64,000 nucleotides of DNA from Lytechinus pictus. Its lineage: Eukaryota. The translations under genes and the position numbers were made by a program. The stretch's first letter is position 1. The number at the start of each line of letters is the position of its first letter. Under the pieces are notes generated by a model, which did not search any database, was not told the DNA's origin, and worked only from the letters and a program-made list of their open reading frames with translations. This document shows, piece by piece, positions 21,026-32,190 of this stretch. The DNA lies in contig NC_087246.1 in assembly GCF_037042905.1 (NCBI RefSeq), positions 1,862,001-1,926,000 of the forward strand, read 5' to 3'.

Positions 21026-22113
21026 CAGTGCATTTCAGAAAAAAGGTAATCCAAATCTAGAGGGCTGATATTCGGATCTTATTTAATTTTGTGAAATTAT
21101 TCTGCATGGATATAAATGAAAAACTCATTAGCTTTCTTTCCATTGATACCCTATTTGTACCATTTGTGCCACGCATGACCAAGTCAATCGCTTTTAAAGA
21201 CAACAGGTGCAGAGACCACTTTTTCCAAGTTTTGTTAAAGTGGGTAAAATGTGAACTTGATAGAATAATATGTTTTCCAAAGTAATTTTGGAATGAAGTG
21301 TTCCTTGAGGCATTTCTCTGAAATGATGAGTGAAAAGTTTATGTCTTATCATGGACCTAGACTTATTGACCCACACCTTGAACATGTCTTCCTCTCCTTT
21401 GAAAACAAAGCCAGAAGCGTGGAAGGATATCTTGGACAGCTCGTCTCAACAATGGCAATGCTGGATCATTGTCCAAAGCATCCACCTCATATCGAATTCG
21501 GCCATGCAAGTCATCAAAATCTTGGGGAAGAGTTGCAAAAACCTTTTTTTTAAGTGTCCCTAAAGGAAATAATCACAGGGCGTGCGGTCAGGCGCTCTTG
21601 GTGGCCTTTCAATGCCATGGTTGAGGGCAACAACGCAATGTCCAAAGAGTCTATCACGAATGATGCTGGAACGATGGGCAGGAGCGCCGTCCTAAATCCA
21701 CTAAAGATGCCTGTACACTCCTCACAACTGTCTCTCAAAATGTTGGTCCAAATGTCATGAATGTGGTACGATCTCCTCGTTAATGGTGTACAAGTACATT
21801 CACTTATTAACAATCCTTTGGAAGAAAAAGGGGCCAATCAAAAGATTTTTGCCAGCTCAGACATTGATGAAAGTATTTACATCAGCATCTGCCTTTTCAT
21901 CAAGTTTTCAAAACTTGGAAAAAGTGGTCTCTGCACCTTTTGTCTTCAACATGAATTAATTCGGTCATGCGTAGCGCAAATGGCACAAATAGGGTATCAA
22001 TGGAAAGCTGATGGGTTTTTCTTTTATATTCATGCACAGTAATGTCACAAAATGAAATATGCTTCGAATATCAGCCCTTTAGATTTGGATTACCTTTTTT
22101 CTGAAACGCACTG
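21026..22113. mobile_element. Tc1/mariner-type non-autonomous element inserted in a (CAT)n-rich tract
   Basis: ta|CAGTGCATTTCAGAAAAAAGGTAATCCAAATCTA...TAGATTTGGATTACCTTTTTTCTGAAACGCACTG|ta; inner inverted blocks (ttgataccctatttg / caaatagggtatcaa; gcagagaccactttttccaag / cttggaaaaagtggtctctgc). Confidence 0.9.
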
Positions 22114-24209
22114 TATAACGAACAGCATCAACAATAACACTATGACAACCATTATGTGGTCGTCACCATCGTCATCATCGCTATAATCTCTCCATCGTTA
22201 TCATCGTAAAGATCATCAGAACCCCATTATCATCATCATCATCATCATGCTCCTCATCATCATCATGGTCTTCTTCATCGCCTTATTATAATCATTAAAC
22301 ATTGAATATCATGGTCATCAAAAACCTTGGCTTCCTCTTTGTCTAAATCTCGTTGAAAAATAAATAAAATGGGAATACCGAAAATCAATGCATGGATAGA
22401 ATAAAGTGAATTTCGATAAAGTTAGTTCACGATAAAAGTGCACCTTGTTTAAAAAGTTCAAGAATATTTATCAAATTAAGAACAAACTGTAGAACAAAGT
22501 GTCAAAATTATTATACAGTGAAAAACTATTTTGTGTATACTTCTTGTGATATTTTTATCATTTAGTATGAAACATATCAGTAATAAGAAGAAATGTCTTT
22601 AAAATATCAATTGACACATGGTATAATGTAAAATGTGTTTGGAGATATAATATGTATGCCTAACTGAATCGAACATTGAAAAATAAGAAACACAAATTAA
22701 TTTTACTTCGTAAGACTAAGAGAGAATTTAATAAACATATGTACTGCATATACAAGGTAGATGATATAAACAAGATACATAAGTACTTCTATCTAAAATT
22801 TTAGTATTAGAAGGGAAGTTTAAAATACACATTTAAAAAGCAATTCGGTAAAACGTTATCATGTAGCGAAAAAGGGAATGTGTCAAAACACGTTAGCACT
22901 TAGAACATAAGAAAAAAAGTGAATTAATCGATGAATCGTGCCTTTGGAGGAAAGAGGAAATGTATGATTATGAAATAGTACACTAAGTATGTATCTTAGT
23001 ACGAAGATTCAGTACTGTAAATAATACATGTGTTGATTTTTTTTCTGTAAAACTACCGAAGATTATAACATTAGCGCAAAGGTGTAATTTTTAAGTCGAT
23101 AAGTAGACTTTTAAGTTTCTTTTCGGTGTATTAAACAAAATCTGTAAAGAAATAACTAATAAGTACTACTTTTAGTGTAAGAAGGGAATGTATGGTTTTA
23201 AATACACCATCAATTTCCTTACTTAAAAACTCCGTAAAATATTGAAAATATAGGGCCTCGAGTACAAAGATTGAATGTAGGATTTGAAATAGTTCAATAT
23301 CATGACCATTTACTTTCTTATTATTAGTATTAGTACATCAAATTATATAAAGTAGTACATTGGATGCAAAGTTGGAATGAAGGATTCGAAATTACCATCA
23401 TGAACATCATGACCATTATTTTTTTTACTTTAAGTAATGTTTTTAGAGCAGTCGATATCTTTTACTTAGTGTAATGATGAAAATTATGTCAAATAATGTA
23501 GTACACTCATATATACAGATATAGAGAGAACGTAGTACATATTAAGTTTCTGACTTAGAACTAAAACAATTGATGAGAAAATGCATTTAACTTTATGAAA
23601 TGGAACGAATGATTTTAAGTTTATATAATTATCTATTCATTTATTTCAACTCATGAGTGGAACACCCTTTTCAGCTGAAAGCTATTCTTTAGGGTTCCAA
23701 GTAGTACATCTTTCTTACTTACACTGTAAAGAAATTGGAGGTAAAATTATAATTTAAGAAAGTTCTTACCTAGTTTCGTACTTTGCACACGAAAAAAACA
23801 GTCATCCAGAAGCATATTTAGTGCAAGGTGGGAGTATAATGATTTTAGAAATAGTACATTTGTAAGTTCCTTACTCAATAAAAGTACTGTAAAGGAGTTG
23901 GTATTACATAGTACGAATGAGAGAGATGACACCAGTGAGAAATTAATTAGTACATAACAAATAACCATAGGCATGATAGAGGAGTGCAAGTTTGTATTTG
24001 TATTGATAACACGGGATTTTAATAATCAATCACCAAACGTTATTTTTCCATTCTGCAGTGCTGCTACCACTCTACTATGCATGGTGTTTTGATGAGAGGA
24101 ATGAATGAATATATTTAGGTTGCCAATGAAATACATGAATATAGGCAAACGGAATGGGCTGAACAAGCGTTGCATCACCATAATCACTAAAGCAGCTTAT
24201 GGAAGGATA

Positions 24210-24790
24210 TGATAATAATAATATGCAGTTCTTAGAGACGCATAATACCATATAAATATTCTATATGCGTGTAGAAGAATTTTTGTTTTTTATAGGGCTA
24301 ATACATGTGTTTCTTAAAAAGATATGTTTTTAACACAGATTTGAATCATGTTGAAATATATGTTACTGATCTTATATTATGAGGCAGATTGTTCCACAAT
24401 TTTGGTGCCATTTTTCCAAAAGCTCTATCACCAAAAGTATCGGACTTTACTCGTATTTCAGAGAGAAGATCCTTTGATTGTGAGCGAAGATTTCGACTGG
24501 GTTGATATTTATGAATTAAATCACCGAGGTAAGCAGGGGCATTCCCATTCATTCTGCTAATACCGCATTTCTCTATTTCATCTTCTAACGGTGATGTGTA
24601 CATTGAGAAATACCGTGGCCCCATTACTGAACCCTGAGGAACGCCTTAGCTAAGGACAAAGGGATGAGAAAGAGTACTATTTACAACAACATTTTGAGTA
24701 CGATATTAAAGTATGAGCGAAACCAGTTCAATGCTGATCCAGTAATTCCATAGCGTATTGAAGAGGAAAAGTTGTATCGCAGTGGTTTCT
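24210..24790 (-). mobile_element. Internally deleted CR1/L2-group LINE fragment
   Basis: GVPQGSVMGPRYFSMYTSPL (RT motif) is joined directly to NGNAPAYLGDLI..PSRNLRS..FGDRAF..APKLWNNLP (ORF2 C-terminus), followed by a FKSVLKTYLF-like end and a (TAT)n tail. Confidence 0.85.
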
Positions 24791-25194
24791 TATAAATTGA
24801 CCTTCAATTTTGTTTTAATCTTAAAGAGACTTCCTACGATTAAACGACTCCCTTCGTGTAAACATGGTAATATTATTGAATCTTTAATGTGTTATGTGAT
24901 TGCATAACATATTAAAACAAGGGTTAAAGGGTAACATTACTTTTAAGAAGTACATGAGAGACACATAAAATATGATAATCAATAATAAGTTATTGAACGT
25001 GTTAATAATTGTCATGACCAGCTTATATGTAAAGTACATCGCGATGTCTTTAAGTGCTATAAAGAATCACCACAATTGTGGGATTGTGACCTGCCCATAC
25101 ACAATGTAAGACATTCTCCACTTCAAAGGGAACATTTTATCGATATTTTCCAAAAGCAATTGCTAGACATAGTACACTGGCTATTGTCTCATAT

Positions 25195-25333
25195 TGGGTA
25201 CCCATTTAACATATGGGTGATGAGTCATGTGTGGATCAACGCCTTGCCGAAGGAGGATATATAGGCCAACGGTGGAATTAAAAAGACAACCATTGCTTAT
25301 AAGGCGAGAGTCAGAACCAGTGCACCAGGGCAC
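25195..25333 (-). mobile_element. Decayed tRNA-derived SINE just downstream of the cassette B stop codon
   Basis: gggtacccatt..tgtggat..cttgccgaagga blocks shared with the copies at 39500-39710 and 42888-43088. Confidence 0.55.
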
Positions 25334-25382
25334 TTTGATAGTTTCGTTTGTAATTTCATTTATATCTTAGAATAAGAAATCT

Positions 25383-27289
25383 CTAGAATTGGTGTTCCGC
25401 TTCTAAAGGTTTATGTCCTAGGTTAATAATATCATCACAAACGGAACATTTTCCCTTCAATGTGCGTGCACATTCCTCGCAGTATACACCATCGCATTCT
25501 CTATCTGAGCAATACACAAGGTAACCATCATCAGGACACCGGCACCCAAGACATTCCAACTTTTTAAATCCACAGCAATTTCCAAAGCAATCTAGAAGAA
25601 ATTTACAACAAGAAAATTTCCTAGCAAGGTACGCTGTGATGCTGATACGATCATTAGCATCATGCTCTTTCTTGTTTATTCTCACTGCATCGCGCAGCAT
25701 TTTCTTCAGTGTTTGGCGCTTCTGCAAAGTGCGTCCATAAAGATACTTTGTTCGTTCTGCTTCGCGTTCGGGATAGTAATAGGCGGCAATGTAACGGAGT
25801 AACCGGAGCGCGTATGCCTGAGACAGCACCATGATAACGGTGAATGCATAAAGAAAGCTTATAGCAACAGCCATGTTGTTGTTTGGTGGACTTGGCTGTG
25901 GGAGACACACAGTTGTGTTAATTGTAGTGTTAAAAGCCGTAGCGTTGAAGCCATCTACATAGAGCATGCGGATGAAATTGGCGAGAATGCCGTTTCCTTG
26001 TATATTAACCCCTGTTCCACTCGACACCTCAATTTCATATTGGCCATGTTCTTTAATCTTACTCAATAGCCAGTAGAGACCGAAATCTACAAACATTAGG
26101 ATGCCTGCAATGACGACGTGAAGGATGACTCGTGAGAGACCCATGGTTAGGTACCGTTTCTCTGTCCGGCTAAGACGTAAATCGGTGACGTCGATGAGAT
26201 GATTCCGTTCATGCTTCTTTAGAGGGAGAATATGAGACACTCCACGTTCCTTACGATCGGCGTCCAACCTTTTAAATTGAGCGGTAATGTAATGGTTATC
26301 AAATGAATCTTTAGAGCGGTAGCTCGAGTGGTAGATGTAGGACTTTATGCAAAGCCAAACGAAAGTGAGTGCCAAGAGTTTATCCGAAATAAGCAGAACC
26401 CAGTCGACCTTGCTGTAGGCTCTTTGTAGTTCCTCTTGAATGGCTTCTTGTATGTTCTCAGCGGTCTTGCTCTGATTAAAGTCGCGATCGAACGCGCGGG
26501 AAACATCCACATCGGCTGAGAAGGTATCAATGACTATCTGTATGGCCCTCCGAGTGCCTGCCAATGACTCTTCTATATAATCATCCACGTAAGCAGGTAC
26601 AACACAGACTGTATCGATGTTCAGAATGGCACATAATGGTCGTGCGTCGAAGATGTTACAGACTCCACCTAAATACAAAAACACATATGGGTGTCTTGTA
26701 TAACTGTTTATTAAGAACGAGTTTTATTCTTCATAATTGTACTCGACAAAATTCGTGCTAGAAATATTTTGCAGAAGATGACATCGGCGAAATCAATTTA
26801 CGTTAGTTACTGAGAGGGTACTTTATAAAATATTATCGATTAACATGACTTTCAGGTATACTACAAATAAGAAAAGCAGTAAGAAAGACCCCAAACTCTG
26901 GATTATTGTTAAAAAAGGGTATGTGCATCTTTGTGCCACTTCAAAATCAACAATAATACTCAAAACAGCAAGATGCGTGATGGTGAATATATTTAACATA
27001 CAATTTTCTCCCTGAATAAAACTTATCAATCAATTATTTGGACATGTATGTACGGCCCTACAGAAAGTATTATTGATTATGTCATTTGATTTACTGCAAT
27101 CAATTTTACTTTTGAGGTGTGTATATTAGTAATATCATTCTTACCTACAGACTCGAACAAATTCTGCTGCGACAATAAATCGGCACAACTTGAACGCACG
27201 TTATCAATGGAGGAGACACACGCTGTATGAGTTCCTGTAATGATATCAGTGCAACTGGCTGCAGCCCGGCGGAGCGCCTCTGAGGCTTG
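25383..27289 (-). CDS. DC-STAMP-family C-terminal cassette B (proximal): exons 27145-27289 and 25383-26668
   Basis: 145-nt exon QASEALRRAAASCTDIITGTHTACVSSIDNVRSSCADLLSQQNLFESV (phase 0 to 1) joins the terminal exon GGVCNIFDARPLC...FDNHYITAQFKRLDADRK...YYYPEREAERTKYLY...CLGC..YCSDRECDGVYCEEC..KCSVC; paralogous to cassette A along its length. Confidence 0.92.
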
Positions 27290-27800
27290 CTACAAGGAGA
27301 AACCAACGATATGTTTTTGGTCCTCGACACTTTATGTTCCTGGTCGCGAGTCGTCTTCTACATGTTCTATGAGATAATGGACTATCTAAAAAACTCGCGC
27401 TTTTGCCTCATACTAAGAGGTTTCAAACGGCTGAAAATACCTACAACCAAAACTGTGATTGACTGACCATTCGATATTCCGCTGTTCCGACACTTCGTCA
27501 ACGATAGCTCGATGATAAGGTATATATGTTAAGGGGGGGGGGGGAGAAATGCAAATCACAATGCAGTTCAATCAATTGGATGGGGAGTTGTAAATACAAA
27601 TAATAATGCGGGTTCATCCTTATTATCACATGCACGTGCCCCCTTTCTGTGATCAATCTTTTCACAACTAAAATTTGAAAACAAATGCTTGTTACCAAAA
27701 TGCAAGAAGGTTTCGCGTGGGATGTGTGTTTAGATTCGGTAGGCAAGGTAACAAATTCATGCTTGACATGCGATTTACGATCAATACAAATACAACTTAC

Positions 27801-30800
27801 ATCGAGTCCTTGATTGAGTACGTTTAGACCATCTTCAACCGGTTCAAAGACTTTTTGCACCTGAGCAACAGAACTTTGGATTCGATCTACACTGTCTAGG
27901 AGACCCCTGACATAAGCATCTAGGACACGTTGTGCTGCTTCCTGTACTTCACGGGACTGGTTGTAAGCGAGCTGGATTGAGACAGAAAAAAGGGAAAAAC
28001 AAGGGCGGATGATTAATGCTTTATTTCTTCTGTTTTATAACACCAAAATGTTTTAAAAAAAGGCACTAAACTTCTTCTTTTCTGCCTACTGTTTTGTGGT
28101 CTTCTTACAGCGCCTTGCGCATTTTCTAGCATCATTAGTAATTGTATCAAATACCAAATATGACTATTAAAGTGTTTCATTGAGAGATGAGTTGATGGAA
28201 GATATATGAAACGAGACTGAACGTTTAAACCATGGAGCTCCATGTTTAAACTAATCATTCATTACTACCCATGAATAATGTCGATACATGGCATCATATG
28301 GATGCAGGTGTAGTTTTTTTTGGAAGACATTCATATCTGTAATACACGAGTTCAGATGAAAGATAATCCATAATGGAAACATTGAATCAATCAGCATTGG
28401 AAAATAATGGAGATTGTACTAATCAATTTCTGACATTCTGAGATGTTACCAGAAGTAAGTATAACGAGTATATTTTGGTATACCTGTGCACTGCAGCTCA
28501 TCGAGTCGGAAACTTCGTTGGAGTTCAGATAGATGTTGTGAATAGGTCCACGGAGTAGGAGGGTTACGATAAAGGTCAGGAAGGCAGCCCGCCCTCTTGA
28601 GGTACAGATTGTTGGCACCATCAGGGCTGCAACACACCTTGCACGTACTGTAACATAAAATATATATGAATTATCAAAAGGCTTTTATCTACCGATTCAG
28701 TGGTGCGTACTGATATAGCAACATTCTCTCCAATTAAGGATCAACACTGCGGGCAAGGACAGGGGCAGGGAGGATAAAAATAATACCACTGGGTACTTTG
28801 CACCTGATGAAGGGCAGTTCATAATAATGTTCGCCATCCTCTTCCGTCTACATGGCATATGGCAGTATCTGTCCCAGTTTAGTGCTGTGGAGTATCACAT
28901 TTGCAATATGAAAGTGAAAGAAATAAGTTTGCTGTCTGAGAACACTTATTTGATATGGTTTGCAGGCCGAAGATTAAAACAAAGTAGTTGATCTCTTACC
29001 AGTAAAGGCGAGACATAGTGCCATGAATGCAGTCCCGAGTACGGCGATGATAAGAGCAGGATATATTGGATAGTCGAGGCCGTAGTAGAGTCCTAAGAAA
29101 AGGAGACCACCTAGGATGAGTCCAACCAGGAACCCTACAATGGCTTTCAGCTGCAAAACCATGTGGAAAATGTACATAATTGTAATTAATGGACTGGCCT
29201 TTAGATTACAAACATAAAGCGATTAGGTTATGCGGTACTAGTAGTCAGTTAACATTAGTAATTGCTTCCATTTGTCTGCCCATCAGACTATCATATGGTT
29301 ATCATTCCATGACCTTTGCATTTTGAACCGAGTCAAAGTAAATACTTGCAGTATACAAATTATTCCCAATAACTTACATAAAAAATATGTTGCCATAACT
29401 CAGTCTGGATGGTATATGATATCAGTAACTGATTTCTGAAGAAAAAATCTTACGTCTTCGAAAAGAAAATAAAAGAAAAAAAATACTTTCGCCAAATACC
29501 TTTTTATGTGAGCCTCGATCACTAAGCAGAATGTCGTTGAGGAATTCATTGCTTGCCACAAGACTCTTAGGTACAGAAACCAAGCTACTCAAAGAACTTT
29601 TATTTCGTCTTCTTCTAGGATGTTGTCTTGAAGGTGAGCCAGTCGGTGTTGACGGAGGAGAGGGTGTGTTGCCACCATTTGAGAAAGATTTTTTCTAAAG
29701 AAAATAAAGAAAGTTGTATATATATATATATATATATAGGAAAATGATAATGATGGCAAAAAAATATAGGCCTACTGAAAAATTTAATTGCATAAGAGAT
29801 ACATTTCACTAGGACTTCAAGTCAGAACATTTGCCACATATCGTTGGACGAGAAGATAAATTTAATTATATTGACGAATTCGTTAAAGTATATCTGGTAG
29901 TAACAAATACGAAAATATGTGATACTTTCTCTAACACAGATTTTGATGGATTTGAATTTAAATTGTCTTCAAAGCAACAAAGGAGTTAGTGAGATACTTA
30001 TGACTAATTTGTAAAGTATTGGTACCTTTTCCGGCAAAGGAGAGAATCGAGGCGCCGTGTCTGGCTCATCGTAACCGGACTTTTGTCGAACCATGTTGAC
30101 CTTCAAGGAGTTTTCTACCTGTTTCATGCCGTTGATCTTGTCACCATCAATGGTCGTTCCGTCCATCTTAACAGGTAAAGTTGCACTCTTAGGACTACCA
30201 TCCACCAAAGATCGAAGGAGTTCCTCACGTAATGTTTCTCTTCTCTTTTCACCTGGAACAGAATGAGCTGCGGCGTTGTGAAGGGATGTGTTGGAGTCGA
30301 TCAGAATACTAGCCACTCGGCCGGCCGGTGCTGATTGCCGATTGCGTCGCTTTCGTTGAATTGCTTTGTTTGAAACCTAGAAAATAAGGAAAAGTTTTTT
30401 TTATCATTGAGTTGGAAAACAGTCCATTCACGATGAGCGTTAATATATACGCGTTGGGTTCGACAATCAAGTGTGCCTATAGGATATCCCAGGATATATT
30501 TCCAAGGAATAAGAACTAACAATTTAATCTCCGTCAGCTTTGCACGCGCAATAAAACAGACTCTGTATTCTCCAACTTTGAATGCTTTGGTTCTACTTCT
30601 TTTCCATTTTGTAGAAGTCCTTACATGGTAGGGCCTACTGTCATGACTAAATAGCCTCGGGAATGAAGTAATTGCTTCATCATTGAACATGTTGAACTTA
30701 TCATGTATGTAAATACCCCTAGCGATGAGATTTCCTTGGCTGTGAGTACGACTCTAATCCTACGTTAAGCCAATCAAGCTACTCACGGTAGGTATATCCT

Positions 30801-30941
30801 TGTCTGCTCTTGAGGCTGATCCTGACCTAGGTCGATGTGGCACAGATGGGAGGGGTCGCCGTTTAATGGATTGCATGGATCCTCCACTCATTGAACGGGC
30901 TCGACGTGCACCACCTACATGCTTTTGAGCAACATTGACTT
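27801..30941 (-). CDS. Shared middle exons of the DC-STAMP-family gene: 30787-30941, 30026-30376, 29500-29694, 29000-29150, 28484-28647, 27801-27971
   Basis: GT..AG introns with compatible phases. Encodes a basic disordered region, then TM segments LKAIVGFLVGLILGGLLFLGLYYGL...ALCLAFT/VRARCVAALMVPTICTSRGRAAFLTFIVTLLLRGPIHNIYLNSNEVSDSMSCSAQ/LAYNQSRE.., the N-terminal membrane region typical of DCST1/2 (RC...L..P....GR......GP..N...N......C). Confidence 0.88.
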
Positions 30942-31836
30942 CTGCAAACGGAATGGGATAGGGGAATATGGCAAATTGGATTATGTTAACATGGTTAAGG
31001 GAAAGGGACGATGTTCACCGAAACCAAAATATATCGAATGATATACATGAACATAAATTATCATGTAAGTTAAATTGATATTTTCTACCCCCCCCCCCAA
31101 CACAACAAAACCAAATTGGGTAAACATGGCTACTACATCAAGATATGTAAATTTATTCTGCTTTTGGCTGCGACACACGTTCCCTTCAATTAAACCATTT
31201 TTAAATTGAATTAAAGGGGATTTTACTTTTTTTTAACCAATATTGTTGATTAAAGACTGATTCAAAGTAATGTTTTGTTTACGAAATAGATATTTGCTAA
31301 ATGGATATACTGCATGTAGTATTCTCCAATTTTCTAGACTGAAGATACTGGATAGTAGGAACCCAATTAAATAGAACACGAATCAGACCACGAATATATT
31401 AATATCATATGGATTTTCGTTTTATTTCATGGGATATTTTCACATAAAGGAATGCATGTGTTTATTAGTTGTTGTTGTTGATAAAATGATGATACTTTAT
31501 ACCTGCATAAATTTCTCTTTAGTTTCGACAACATTGCAAAGGTAATTGACATATCATTACCGTATGTTTATAATTTTAGACACCCTTTTTAATTTAACGA
31601 GCTGTTTTTCGCTCTTCAGATTTTCTCCTAGGTTTAAATCAAAATAATATCTGCTGTATATTTCTGATCTTCTTCCCTCTATTTTGCCCTCTTTGAATAT
31701 TGCAGAAATACGATTCTAAAATAGTGGTCAATTTGGCAGCCATTTTGTTTAAGCTAATTTGATGGTCAAACCATCAGAAATCAGCTTGGGAACAGGTCTC
31801 AACAGATTTAACACATTTTAATTGTGTGAAATGAAC

Positions 31837-31980
31837 CTGTTCCCCACTTAAACCCGAAAAAGACTCGAGGATTCACATTTTCCCCGTATATCTCTTGTCT
31901 ATCTACCTCATCCCCAACTGAATCATCGTCTCTTTCCCTTTTCTCTGTACTCTGGTCATCTTCTCCTAAATCTGTCATGA
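31837..31980 (-). CDS. Possible symmetric (phase 1-1) acidic cassette exon of the DC-STAMP-family gene
   Basis: ttag|...MTDLGEDDQSTEKRERDDDSVGDEVDRQEIYGENVNPRVFFGFKWGT|gttcat; 144 nt, frame-preserving, weak donor. Confidence 0.35.
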
Positions 31981-32190
31981 CTAACCAAGATAATGTGTTT
32001 GTCGGTATATTTGTAAATGGTACATTTATAATGTTTGATTGCTATATCATTTTATCATTGAATTGTTACATTTTGTAAATCCAATGCAATTCAGCCTACT
32101 TGGTTGCGATATGTGGATATTAAAAAAAAAAATGAAAACCATAAACCAAGTCTTACAACGATGGTACTCAAAATATATCATGAAACAAAC

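Noticed and set aside
21293..22042. Transposase ORFs within the Tc1/mariner element
   Set aside because: Short ORFs without a recognisable DDE/D motif; the element is too short to be autonomous
17845..26684. Two independent intronless DC-STAMP genes starting at the ORF-track starts
   Set aside because: Both ORFs begin at splice acceptors (19127, 26668), lack the N-terminal TM region and are each preceded by a matching 145-nt exon
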